NCBI GenBank assembly: GCA_028534125.1
Contig: CM052816.1
Coordinates: forward strand, 42,720,001-42,784,000
Length of the DNA: 64,000 bases
Direction: 5' to 3'
From: Lama glama
Taxonomy: Eukaryota
Part shown: positions 26,601 through 39,802 of the stretch, in pieces
How positions within the stretch are numbered: position 1 is the stretch's first letter
Layout of the letters: each line of letters starts with the position of its first letter
Translations under genes and position numbers: made by a program
The notes under the pieces: model-generated
Told to the model about the DNA's origin: nothing
Databases searched by the model: none
What the model saw: only the letters and a program-made list of their open reading frames with translations

Positions 26601-27678
26601 CCTTAGTTTTGTTGCCTCATGCTCAGGCCTTAACAACCATATCAGTGTCCAAAGCAGGAAGGAGATAGTAGAGGCAAAAGACAATCTTTCTTTTATATGA
26701 AGAGGAGGAAAAACTTTTCCAAAAATCCTTCCTATCCTCCTCCCCAACAGACATATTTTATTTCAGTGGCCAGAACAGGGTCACATGGCCAACACTAATG
26801 CAGGGAAGTGGAGGTGGTAGTGCCCCCCCCCCCCATTCTCTAGTGGGAGACAGGCAAGAAAAGGGGAAGTGGCAGGTCAGGAGGAAAGTGAGGCTGTTCA
26901 AGCTAAGGCCCTCAATCCTTTCTCTGTTATCCTCTTTAGAAAAACCTTCTAATATAGCCTATTATGTCACCTGGGAGGCATCTCTTTGGTAAAAGAAGCT
27001 AGTTTATGTATTTTCATATTTTATAGATCTTGTTATTCATGTTGCTTGCTTTAAATACTTGGCATCATCATCATCAGTAAACTTACAGAATAAGTTTAAT
27101 GGATACAACTCTTAATGATTCTCAACTTTTTAAGTTATTTTTCTCTGTATGTTTTGTTTTGACATTCTTAAAAATACTGAATGACATTTTTTGAGGCAAA
27201 GTGGATAACATGTTTGTTTAGAAATCATTGACTTGTTAGCTTACTAAATTCTTACCAAAATGTTTATGCCCTTCCAATTGTAGACGATTAGGTAGAAGCA
27301 AAGTCTGGAAGGGGGTAAAAGTAAAAACAAAAAACCTACCTTGACATAGTATGTTTAAGGACAAATTCTCTCTCTCAGAAAATGTTTCATTTAATTAAAT
27401 CAGAGAAGAAAAATGTAAAACACCTAAAGAATTGGGGGAAAATATAAAGCATGTCTTTATTAAAGCATTCTAGGTTTTAATTTTCTTTCTAGAGTATGGC
27501 ATAATATATTTATAATAAGGAATTGATCTCTGGATGTTTATTATGTGCCAGGGTACCTGAAAGAAAGTGCTTCTTTATTAGAATATATAGATTAATGACT
27601 GTATGTTAAACATTTTATTGGTTTTTTTATCTGTAAGTTTAGTAGCTTAAAACGAAACTTTTTTTTTTTTTTTATTAG

Positions 27679-27966
27679 GCAGTCTGTGTTAATGCTGTGC
27701 TGGAGAAGGTAAAGAAAATTCTCCAAGAAGAAGAATCCATAAGGCAAAACAGGGAGGAGAGTGAAAATCTTAGAAAAGCCTTTTCTGAGCCTGTGCTTTC
27801 TGAGCTTCTGTATCCTGAAGGTGAAATCAAAGCAAAACCTTATAGGTCTTTACCGGAGAAGCCAGACAGTATTTCAGATCAGCCCAAACTTCCTGCTAAT
27901 AAGTTGAGTAATAAGATCCAGGTTTTACATTCTGTGTTTGACCAATCAACTGAAATGAATCACTGA
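27679..27966 (+). CDS. SPATA9: SPATA9 last coding exon ([13 protein letters not shown]...STEMNH*); total CDS 762 nt, 253 aa
   Basis: Poly-T tract plus TTAG acceptor; TGA at 27964-27966; matches recalled SPATA9 C-terminal region. Confidence 0.96.
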   Translation, partial: AVCVNAVLEKVKKILQEEESIRQNREESENLRKAFSEPVLSELLYPEGEIKAKPYRSLPEKPDSISDQPKLPANKLSNKIQVLHSVFDQSTEMNH

Positions 27967-28135
27967 GCGAATCTAAAGATAAGTATCACTGGACAGAGCT
28001 TAAGAGTTATCTACCTAATGATATTTCATCTGAAAAAAACAGGAAACTAGTTTTCATAAACTGACTGCTCTGCTCTAAAAAAAGTACAGGGACTACGGCT
28101 AAAATGTCATTTTCAAGAATTTATATGGTAGAGAA

Positions 28136-28141
28136 AATAAA
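28136..28141 (+). terminator. Candidate SPATA9 polyadenylation signal AATAAA
   Basis: First AATAAA I see after the stop (170 nt downstream), followed by GT/T-rich sequence. Confidence 0.6.
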
Positions 28142-29391
28142 ATGAATCTTGATGTAGAATATATGTATGACTATGTGATTTTTTTAATGAACAAGAAAAT
28201 GTACCCTTTGGTGGGTTAGACTCTATGCTGCAGTTTATAATATAGGCATGTTTATAATATATTTATGCTTTTATTGGAGGCTCATTTAGAGTATCTTTCC
28301 AATTATTTATCTGGGAGAGAAAAAAACTATTAAAATGCTACATATCTTTTTCAGAGATAACAAAAGGATATATTTTCTATCTACAGGCTGCATAGTTTGA
28401 ATCTGCTTATTATCAATTCTTTTAAAACTCGTCTATAAAGTTATGAAGGACTTGTAATTCATAGGTATCATAAACTTATAAAACAAAATATTTACAACTC
28501 TGATGAGAAGATTTCTGTATATGAGAACAGGGCATGACATAACATTTTTTATTATTACATTTAGAGGGACTAATTTAGAATCAGAAATCAAGTCCTTATT
28601 ACTCATTGTTGCCATTGGATCCTGAGAAGAAATGCTTCTGTGGCCCCGCAAGCCAGAGTCATGGTTTTGCCTGCAGAAGGTACTTTGGTTTCTTCCATGA
28701 GTTTTAAATTCTAGACACATGTTAAGTAATTGGAGGATCAGCACCTGATGTAATAGGCTGGGATATACTCATCCCAGAGATGGTACATTTCCTGTACCTG
28801 GTGGGTAGCTGCTAGCATAAACAGTATTTATAAAAAGCACAATCTTGGCTCATTAGTAGTCTAATGAATAGCGCGTGTTGGATTATGGATAGCATCAGAA
28901 AAAAAATGTAATACGTAGCAAAGGGTTCTGTAAGCACAGTCTTAATGATACATAATTTATTAACTAATTTTTACAGTAACCAAGGGGAAGGGTCCATGTG
29001 GGCCCCTTAGAATATTAAGTATTATGTTTGCAGACTTAATTCAGTCCTGTGCCACGAAGATTACTGTGGTTTTAGACAAGGTTCCAGTTTTGACAAACAG
29101 CTTTTCTCACTCTGAATTCATAATCTGTTCATCTTAAGTTCTTTCTGGTCCCACTTACTTGTATATTCTACTGTGTGCTGAGTTATAGATGATCAGTACC
29201 CAGGGTATTATAGTACAGTGTGTGCACGAGGCAGCCAGAACAGCGCTGTCCATAAATCACTGGCATGGAAAAAGTGCGGTGAACCAACTCAACATCAGCC
29301 TTTCTGTGAACTCAGCAGAAAGGACTCTGAGGAACACCACCTTATACCTCTTCTCTATAACATTTACATGAAACACTTGGTTGTACACACA

Positions 29392-29430
29392 TTTATTTGC
29401 TCTAAAAATCAAATGAAAAAAACCTTTATT
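29392..29430 (-). terminator. Candidate RFESD polyadenylation signals (two minus-strand AATAAA)
   Basis: TTTATT on + at 29392-29397 and 29425-29430, another at 29566-29571; 0.7-0.85 kb past the RFESD stop. Confidence 0.5.
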
Positions 29431-30239
29431 TGAAATTTCATAGAGGCATTGAGAGTACTTTGGCTCACTGAACAGATTTCACATCTCCTATGGCTGGGCA
29501 GCAGTTGTGTGTGTCTTCCTTATTTTGAGACTGTCTGCCTTGACTGGAGAGAAACGGAGCCAAGGTTTATTTGGTTTTGATATCAGGCAAATTAACTTTC
29601 TTATTTTTAAATTCAGCATGTAAATTGATCCCATTTTTAAGTGTAAAAAAGTCTGCTATATATTTGGAAAAACTGAACAGTTAAGATTTAAGCATTTCAA
29701 TGTGTTTAAATTTTATCTAAAAAAAAACAAAAACAAAAAAACAATCGACAGGGAAGGTGGGGAATGCATGCAAAGATCATTGAAACAAGAATGGAAAAAT
29801 GCTGATAATTATTGAAGGGGGGTGATAAGAGTCTGTCATATTACTTTGTTTACTTTGTATATATTAAAATTTTTCCCTGATAAGGTCTGCTGTATCAAGT
29901 AGTAATTTACCCCCCAAATTTTTTGTAATTTTTTTTCTGCTTTTCTTCACTTTGGTTTCTCCAGATTATTTTCATCTTTCACATTCTAATGCACATTCCA
30001 AACCTATAACCTTAAGCTTCCACTCAATCCAGAAGATTGGATGGAATGTTTTTTATAGGTCCTGATGGTGATCCTTACATCATACTAAGTACATGTGCTT
30101 TTGAACCTCTCATTTATATGATTGTTAAAAATAATAACTGTGTCTCTGTTGGAAACAGTTAATCACCTTTGGTATTGAAGCAAGGTTATTCTAAAAGTAC
30201 TTCCAAAACATACACATTTTTCATTGTCATATAATTTTA

Positions 30240-30641
<402 letters not shown>

Positions 30642-30981
30642 TTATTCAGCATAAGGCAGAACCTAATCTTGGCTGTCATCAAGTCCCTTTTGCAGCTGAT
30701 TAGACTCCCAGTGTTTTAGACCTCTATCAGAAGATAGCTAGCTCAGGCAACTAAACCACGTGACTGCAGCTGTGTTATCTGTTAGATACTAATGTCACTG
30801 CCTTGACAGAAACAGGGCAAGGCCTTCAAGTGCTTCTAGACGAATTTTCACTAGCTGGTGGAAGAATGGTAAACTTCAGATATAATTTCAAGAGATAACT
30901 TAAAGGCATAAGTGCATATGTTAACTGGAGAGCAATTTATGATCCAAAGTAGTTAATTCCCAACTTTTTAACTGTCTTAAA

Positions 30982-31150
30982 GCAGTGATTCTCAAATTTT
31001 AAAGAGCATGGGAATCACCTACATCTTGTTTAAATGCCCATCTTGATTAAGTGCAGTGGGCCTAGGGCAGGGCACAAGATTCTGCAGTTCCAGGACACTC
31101 CCAGGTGTCACCAGTGTTGCTGGTCTGCAGACCACAATTTGGGTAGAAAG
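30982..31150. mobile_element. MER5-like hAT-Charlie relic in an RFESD intron
   Basis: cagtgattctcaaa...gaatcacct...ctcccaggtg...gctggtctgcagaccaca signature. Confidence 0.7.
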
Positions 31151-32186
31151 GTCTTAGAGCTCTCATTGTGGTCTGAAACTGAGGGAAATTCTTCCACATT
31201 ATCATCCAGATGCTTATATTTTATCTCTATACCAGAAGTGCAGAAATGCTGTTTTGTACTCCCACAGAACTGTCAGCAAACAACATTTTAATCATAAATT
31301 CATATTCATAAATGTAAACACACATCTTGTAACATGAGGACAGGTGTGCACTAGGTAGATATGATGTGTAGAGAGAATGGAACACTAAGTTTAAGCATGT
31401 ATTTTATACCAGAGAGAGAGAGGAGAGAGAGAGATCAGTTTCATTAAAGAGAAAACAAGAAATTAAGACAGCTTGTTTGGGAATGTAAGGAAGAAATACA
31501 ATTCCCTCATTCCTTCCTCAGTTAACCCTTCAAAGTGTTGTTTCTTTCTTAAAATATACATATTTATATTTTTATTACATTATACAAGTTACACACATTG
31601 GAAAAAATTCAAACTGTGCAGAAGTGTATAAAGTAAAAAGAGAATGTTATTTTTACTTAAAAAATGCACTCTCATTAGACTTACTATTCTATGACTTACT
31701 TTTTTCACTCAAAACTATATCGTTGATGTCCTATACCAACACATATAGATCTGCCTTATTAATTTAATGGTTGGATAGTATGCCATACCATGGCTATTCA
31801 TAATTTAAACTGCTCCCTATTGTAAAACATTTAGATTGTCTTCAGTTTTTCATTACAATAAATGTTACAATGAGCTTCTCCCATATCTATATATCTGTAT
31901 CTGTATCTCTATATATGTACGTAAACATTTGTGCACTAATATGCAGGGTAGATAACTCAGTATATTTGTTAGGTCAGAAGACATGCATATTTCTCATATT
32001 TACCTGTAAAATGCTTATCTTTACATTGTAGGGTTGTGAATTCCTAGAATATTGGCAATTATATTCAAAGAATTAAAATATAGTTCAAAGCCAAATATGT
32101 ATTATTTTTGAATAAAGGATGAAATATAGTAAGACTATAAGTAGGAAACATCTGAGTTTGTTGAGAACAGATTTAATTTTACATAC

Positions 32187-32221
32187 CTCTATTTCTCCCA
32201 AATGTAAAGGTCCTCCTGAGT
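32187..32221 (-). CDS. RFESD: RFESD 35-nt coding exon (HSGGPLHLGEIE)
   Basis: CTGCAG acceptor and GAG|GTATGT donor on minus strand. Completes the split His codon of Rieske box 1 (C-Y-H); 175+35=210 nt. Confidence 0.96.
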
Positions 32222-32255
32222 CTGCAGAGGAATTGAATATTACATCTCATCATTA

Positions 32256-32579
<324 letters not shown>

Positions 32580-34189
32580 TCACAGAGATAATCATATTAT
32601 AAGAGAAGTCTGATTTCTCTGAGACTGATGCAGGCACTTTTTGGGAGCTATATAAAATAAAAAATAAATAGTGGATTGTGGTTAGTCATGATTTTGAGTG
32701 AGCGCTCTTAAAGCTTGCCAAAATTAGGGAGGACTCCCCACTTGGAGGCTGGATTTGTTTTTGACTCATTTCATTGCAGGTAATGAAGTCTCACTATCCT
32801 CTTATTCTCTATCGAGGTCAGTGCTAAACAGCATCTGCTCATTCTCAGTGTTGTTTTCATCTTTGGTTGAAGGTGGGGCTCTTCAATAGTCCGAGTAGTC
32901 TTGGACCTCTTGGTTAAGGTGACTCTCTTGGTTTTGCCTGGAGTGGACAGCCACCTCTTACAGATGAACCACATAACTGTATTCTAGTAGAAGGGAGTAA
33001 GTGTGAATGGACACTTTTCATTTTCTTAATGTGGATAGAAAATTCTGTCTTATTTGGGCAACTGTCTTGTCTTATTCAAGAAGATGATGTTCTCTTCAAT
33101 TAATTTATAAAAGAAGATTAAATTTGAGAGAATTTGCAGGTATTCTAAATACACTTTTTTCTCAGCACAGATATTTAGCCTATTTCTTTGAAAGCAACCC
33201 TTTCAAAGAGACCTGTATACTTTAAGAACATAGTCATAGTCTCTTAATTTCATATGAGAAAGAAGTATCAAGATATATCATTGTCAGGGATTTCAGGCCC
33301 CATGTAGAGGATTTTCCTGAGGGCTTCCCATATGGGGGTATTTAAGGTTTTTTTTTTCTTTCCTATGATGGTTTTTGAATGAAACTATATATCCTGCTTT
33401 GCCAATAATTTCTGTATTTATTCTTTCTCCACTTCCAATCCCAAATCTATCCTATTATTCCTACCTTCTTTTCATTAGAGTTGCTATCCCAAAGTTTCTG
33501 GAAGCATTCCTGCTTTTCCTGCCTATCTCAGGATTAAGTCTGTGGTGGTCCATAACTTTTAAAAAGTGTAGAGAAGCATGTATGATGTTATCTTAGGATT
33601 GACAAAGAGCTCTGTCTCTTAGGCAAGAGCATGTTTTGAATCTATGCATGTAATGAAATATAAATCACAAAGCAAAAATTGAGAACACTCAAAGGGTTTT
33701 GCTTTTTCCTTTATCTCCTAATAATTACACTATCAGATAGCCCTGCATGGTGTCTGCCCTCTGCTGGGGAATGGGAATCTTCAACCATCTGAACAATGTC
33801 CAACTCTGCAGCTAGCATAAGGCAAGCTTACTCCACGATGTAGGTGGGCAGGAAAGAGGCTGCCCACAACATTCAGGCATAAGATGCTGTGTGTACCTGG
33901 ACCATTATCTTAGAGCAAGGCTACTTCAACCCCTTCATTGTATGATAGAAATGAAAGAGTCCTGGTAACATCTAATCACAACCTACTTTTATCTTTTGGA
34001 CACTGATGGACAAGTTTCTCTGTAATCTATTAGGGAGAAATATATGTTTGAAAAAGCAAGCAGGCAAAATTCTCAAAGGGTAGCTATTGACAATAATATT
34101 TGGCACAGCAGAATTATTAAAAAAGATTGTCTTCAACAATGGATTTTCAGATTCTCCTTCTGCAAAGTTCTCCTTCCTTGTTAGAGATG

Positions 34190-35400
34190 GTCATTCATTT
34201 GATATTTTATTAACAACCAGTATGTGACTGGCATCTCAAGAAAGTAGCAAAGATAAGGTCTCTGCCCCCTAGAAATTATATTCTAGTTACTGAGATCAGT
34301 AATAAGTAAACAAATACACAAGTAAGATAATTACACAATGTCATAAGAGACATGAAGAAAATGAACTGGGTAGTGAAATGAGAGAAACTGAGGGAGTCCA
34401 TTTTGCAAAGAATGGGCTGGGAAAGTGACTCTGAGACAACAGATGAGCTGAAACCTGAAAAGTACAAATGAACTAGACATGCTAAGAACTAGAAGAGAAT
34501 TCCAAGCTGAATGAACAGCAAAAACCTGAAGGAAAAAAAAGGCTTAGTTGATTTGAGGAACAAAAGGAGACACTAGCGTAGTGAGATTTGTGAGACAGGA
34601 GCTAAGTCATGCAGCGTTGTGTGTAGATTTTATTCTAAGAACAGTGGGAAGGCTGCCATGATCAGTTTTTAAAAGAATGCCCTGGCTGAGTGGAGAATGG
34701 ATTGTAGCAAAACAAGAGGAGACGCACAGAATTCAGAAAGCTACTGCAGTAGTCCAAGGGAGAGAAGATGGGGGCCTGAACCAGGGTGTTGATTCTATGG
34801 GGGAAAAAAAGTAATAATAACAACAATATAATAATAATAATGGCAGTAGCTAAAATTACACTGTGCTAACTACAGGTCAGGCACTCTTTTAAGACTTAAC
34901 ATTTATTTAATTAACTAACTGAATCCCCCAACATGTTACTACAAAGAAGGTATTATTTTAATTTTACAACAAGAAAACTGAGGCACAGAGAAGCTGGGCT
35001 GATGAACTGGAATGAAGGAGCAACAGAAAAGAAAGAAATAAGGATATTTCCCAGGATTTAGGTTTGTGCCACTAGGTGGATTATGACTTGTGATGGGAAA
35101 GACTGAGAAAGGAATGCTATTTTGCAGGAATGGAAAAATCAAGAACTAGCGACATTTGGCACATAGTGAGTTGAGGTACTTAAGAAACATCAGGTGGAGA
35201 TACCAAGTCAGCAGTCAGGTATCTGAGACTACAGTTGAGAATCACTAGAGAGAGAAATTTGGGAGTTTTCAAATTACCAAATTCAACAGGATCAGTTGGA
35301 GGAGAAAGTGTCGATACGGAAGAAAGTCTCATACAATTCCTAACGTACATTCATCATTTAAAGGTCATGCAGAAGAGAGCCTGAAGAGAGGCAAGACCAG
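34190..35400 (-). mobile_element. LINE-2 relic interrupted by a MIR (about 34820-35000)
   Basis: L2 end (tcattcattt...tattttattaa) plus body; MIR core (attttaca..gaaaactgaggcacagag) in the middle. Confidence 0.65.
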
Positions 35401-37317
35401 TAGAGTTTTCAGTTTATTGCTAATCAAATGAAATTCATTCAGTGCTCACTTCTCTATCTTATATTCTCCTCAAATGGTAAATAAGTGGTAACCCAGCAAA
35501 AAAGAAAAGCAATGAGATAAAATCCGTTCCAATGCTGGCCACCTCTACATATCAGGCAATGAATGATACATGAAGAAAACATGGGCTTCCTAGGAAACAC
35601 TGTCCCAAAACTGTGGTTGTTTCATAGAGCTGGGCCTACCTTATACCCTTTTCCCCTTGTAATTTCACTTAATTCCCCAAACCTCCACTCTCACAGAAAT
35701 CAAATACTGGTTAACATCTAAGTAAGGGCTCACATCCAGAATTAACTATTACTACTCTTTTTCCCCTGTGTTTCTAAAGTTCATCTCTTATTATACTCCT
35801 TTTGGTCAAAATAGAAATTAAAAGGAAAAATCAAGCCTAAGAAATCTCTCAATATTGTTCACAGTTACTAGCTCAAGGGCCAAATTTACATAGGTCTGAT
35901 CCAGTCTGTGACTCAAAATAATATTCATATACATCACTGTATAACATATACCATCTAGGAGCCATTCTTTTACAATTCAAAGTTAAGTACACAGTCAGCC
36001 TTAAAAATAGTATATGTGTGTATTTTCAACACAAAATAACTCTGTAGTCATAATGTCTTAATAGATGTTTATTTTTGACACAGGCCTTTCAAAACAAAAA
36101 GTAAGGACAGTTCTAAAGGTGTGACAAGACTGGGTTAACTCAACATTTTCATTCTCAATTCCATTTTAACAATTGCATCATTTTATGGAAAATTTATCAG
36201 AGTGGGAAACTACAGAAAGTCCCAGATAACTTGAGAGGTATCCAACTCTGCCTTATACAAGATAAGGAATTACATATAGAAAAGGAAAGGAAGAGAAATC
36301 TAAGTGATGTTGGTTGTACAGACCCAGTTAATGTTAATAGGAAGTTTGCCATGGAATTTTCATGGTATTAAACACAAATACACTTGTCTACAATTTAAGA
36401 TATTTAACAAAATTGTATACCACATATCAGCTTCAAATGAGCATTCTAATTTTAGGGAGGTGATCCTTCCTAATCCACATGTTCAAATACAGCAATATTG
36501 TCATATTTCATAGGAACTTATTATAGTATCAAGCAAGTGACAAAATACATGAGATGTGGAGTAGCATCAGAAGTTAATTAAGTTCTCCATAGCTCCCAAA
36601 TAAATGAGAACCAAACATAACCCTCCCTCAGGTTTCAGAATCTTAGAGCCAACAGTCTTTGCAGGGTTTGCCCCCAACCAGGGAAAAACTGGGGAACTTT
36701 GCAGGGGCTGATAAGAAATGAGCAGAGAAAGCTGGGACTAAATGATAAAGATTTCAGGGAAATATGATTAGTCTTGCATTTTGCTTAGAAAACTATTATC
36801 TCATTCTTCAAAGAACTGTTCCCTCTATGCATAACAAATGGTTCTGTTTATGATATCTGGTGACTATAATTAACATCCATGTTATTCTTAATTAAATATT
36901 GTGGATATCATGGTCCATTCAGACAACAGAAGTCAGTGTGTTCACCTTGATTACCGTTACTCTTATGCACTATTCACATGCTCCTGCACATTTCCTCTAG
37001 TTTGAGTCAACTTTAAGATAGTAGGATCTTAACAGAATAAGAAAAAAAAAAGAAAGAAAGAAAGAAAAATTAAATGGTTTCTCCAGTTTGAGCCCTAGGT
37101 GAAGAAAACTTCCTTCTGAAAAGTTTGACCATTTTGTTCCAAAGTTCTCTTCTAGAAATATTTTTTGGCCTGTGCTTAAAATTAGGTTTCTAAAGGTGCT
37201 AACATTACATAAAATTACAGATTAGCTAAATGGCTCCTTAGTCCCTATTAGATACCTTTCCAGAATAGGGCATCTATTCAGGTTGAAGTTTTAAAAAGCA
37301 TAAGTTAAGTTTCTTAC

Positions 37318-37497
37318 CGGGACAAAAGAAACATGAAGTTAAAGGAACTTGTAATTCCTCTTGAGCACAAAAGCACTAAGGTGCTTTTACTAAGTCTGGG
37401 AACTTGGCCTATACGTTATCAGAATGTATAGGTCCAGGGTGACAACCCTGCTTTTACGTTCAGAGAAGAGAAACGCCTTAGCTTTGTATCTCTTTGG
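37318..37497 (-). other. RFESD: Candidate upstream alternative exon of RFESD
   Basis: Minus-strand CTACTCTGCCAG acceptor and strong CCG|GTAAGA donor; phase-compatible with the ATG exon. Confidence 0.5.
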
Positions 37498-37845
37498 CTG
37501 GCAGAGTAGCAACAGATACAACTAGCTGTCCTTCAGTGAGTGCCAACTGCTTGGATTCTTTGCATATATGAATTCATTAATCCTCAGAAGGATGCCAAGG
37601 GGTACGTATTATATCTGTTTTCCAGATAAGGAAGCTAAGGTAAAGGATTTTCTTTAACAAAAAGCTTGCCCAAACCCACCAAGTATCAGTCAAGATTCAA
37701 ACCGAGATCTTATGGGTCTAAACTTTGTGAACATTCATACATATAAATCTTAACATTTCATCTAAGTAGCATCCACGGATTTATAAAAATAAGTGGCCTG
37801 TAAGTACACTATTTTGAAGGTTCAAAACTTTTCAGCAAAGTCAAG

Positions 37846-37846
<1 letters not shown>

Positions 37847-37878
<32 letters not shown>
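37847..37878. repeat. (TG)16 microsatellite next to the RFESD CpG island
   Basis: Perfect dinucleotide run. Confidence 0.97.
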
Positions 37879-37881
<3 letters not shown>

Positions 37882-38059
37882 ACCATTTATATATGCAGAG
37901 ATGCTGGTCCTGATTTTTAAATTTAGGAACGCTACTATGCAAGAGTCTTGTCAACAAATGTTTAAAAGGGAATATTTCCCTAATAATTTAATAAAGTCAC
38001 GTAGCTGCCCTGGAACTCTCTACTGCCGTCTGTGACACGAGATCTTTGAGCACCAGGTG

Positions 38060-39060
38060 AGCTCACCCGGGTTTGAATCCCGGCTCTGCGTGACTTAAGC
38101 CCAGCAGCTGTATTTCTCTGTGCGCAGTTTGCGCGGCTAGAAGCTCCGCACGTCGGGCCGTGGTGAGGGATACACGCCTCAGCACCCGTCAAGTGTTTGG
38201 AGTAGGGCCCGACCGTGGGAGGCGCTGCGATCGTGGTAGCGGTCATCTCTAAGGTCCTGCAGCTCTGAGAGCTTATGCGCAATGACCTCGCGCCGTTTAA
38301 CGCTTTAGTAAAGACCGCCTGCCGTCCTTAGAGCGGCGGTCCAGAACCACAGAGAGCCAGAGCGTGGCAGCCAGATGCGGCGGATCGTTCCGCCTGCAGA
38401 CTTTAGGAGACGGACATCCAGGATGGCTGGGGCTGCAGGAACCTTGGGGCAGTTATGATGCGTGTGAGCACACAATGCCAGGAAGTTTCGTTAAAAACGC
38501 CCCGCCGGCCCCACTGAGGCGGCAGTTCCGGGGTGGGGGCCCAGACTGGACGGGGAACAAGCTCGGCGGGCCTCGCAGTGCCCGAGGGGAAGGCTGCCCT
38601 AGGGGTTAATGGTCAAGGAACGCGGGATCGCGGCCAGCAGGGCCGCAGGGCTCAGAAGGGCCGGCAGCAACGCTACTCGTCAGCTGCGCGCGCCTGCTCC
38701 CGGCCGCCGCCGCCGCCGCCGGAAGTCCGAGCCGAGGCCCGCCGCCCGGGCGGAAGCAGCGAGCTCGGGAGCCCCGCCCCGCGCCCGGCCGCCCAGCGCC
38801 GCGGCCAGAAGCGAGCTTACCTTTCTCGAGTCCCTCGCTCCACTCCGACAGACCCGGCCGCCGCGCCCCCCGCGTGTGGCTACTGCGCGAGCCAGGGCTC
38901 CGGCCACGGCGTGGAGCCCCCGCGGGGCGGGGCGAAGCGGCCCACGTGACCCGAGCGCGCCCGCCCCCGGGACGGCCTCTGTGGCGCCTGGGGAAGCGAT
39001 CATCTCCCCCTGACGGCGACCGCCGACCCACCTCGCTCTGCCAGGACCTCTGAACTGACA
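38060..39060 (-). promoter_or_regulatory. RFESD: CpG island promoter and non-coding first exon of RFESD (3' end at 38821)
   Basis: Very CpG-rich. Minus-strand donor AAAG|GTAAGC at 38821/38820; GC box GGGGCGGGGC 38924-38933; E-box CACGTGAC 38943-38950; ETS site CCGGAAGT 38719-38726. Confidence 0.85.
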
Positions 39061-39748
39061 GTCGAGTGTTTGACGAACGTAGGTGCCGTCAATTTATTTC
39101 TAAATGTTTGTTTAGCTCACCACATTTACGCAGATTTTTAAGTGCACCCAGGGATCTTACTTCTAGGAATTTACCTTATAAAAAGATTTGCAACAGTTCT
39201 TCACGAGGCACATAATCTATGTATAAGGATGTTTATTACAAAGAAAGAATCACAATAGCTCAAATGATCAACAGGGAAATGGTTAAATAAAATACAGTGT
39301 AGACGTGAATTACTTTGTAGCCACATACTCGAGCAGATTTCATGATAAAATGAATTTGTTAAAAAGCAAAGTATGAGATACTATGTGTAGTTTGCTTTCT
39401 TTAGCGTAAATAAAAATTATTTTTCGAGATTCAAATATGTAGATATATACATAAGCTTTTTCTTTAAAAAACTTAACAGTGGTTACTTTGGAGGAGATGG
39501 ATTTTCACTTTCATTTTTTGAACTTTGCAACTTTGTTTTTTTCTCTTTATACTTCTCTGAATTTAAAAAAACACCTCATACTTGTTTTCAGAGTTGGAAA
39601 CTAGATGAGTCTGATAGTTTTTTTTTTAAGTTTCCTTGGCTATCTTCTAATGCAATGGTTCTTAACTTTGGTCATACTTTAGTCACCTGGGAGTCATGAT
39701 GCCAGGACCAGTGAAATAAAACTCCAGGGGCTGGTGGGGGGCAGGGGA

Positions 39749-39800
<52 letters not shown>
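39749..39800. repeat. (ATCT)13 tetranucleotide microsatellite within a MER5-like relic (about 39650-39850)
   Basis: Perfect run; flanks caatggttcttaac...cagggttgaaaac. Confidence 0.93.

Positions 39801-39802
<2 letters not shown>

Noticed and set aside
29250..29480. Iron-responsive element at minus-strand CAGTGA motifs near the RFESD 3' end
   Set aside because: Flanks do not form the 5-bp upper stem with bulged C.
37980..39031. ORFs of 81-141 aa over the RFESD CpG island
   Set aside because: Low-complexity ORFs on both strands with no protein family signature.
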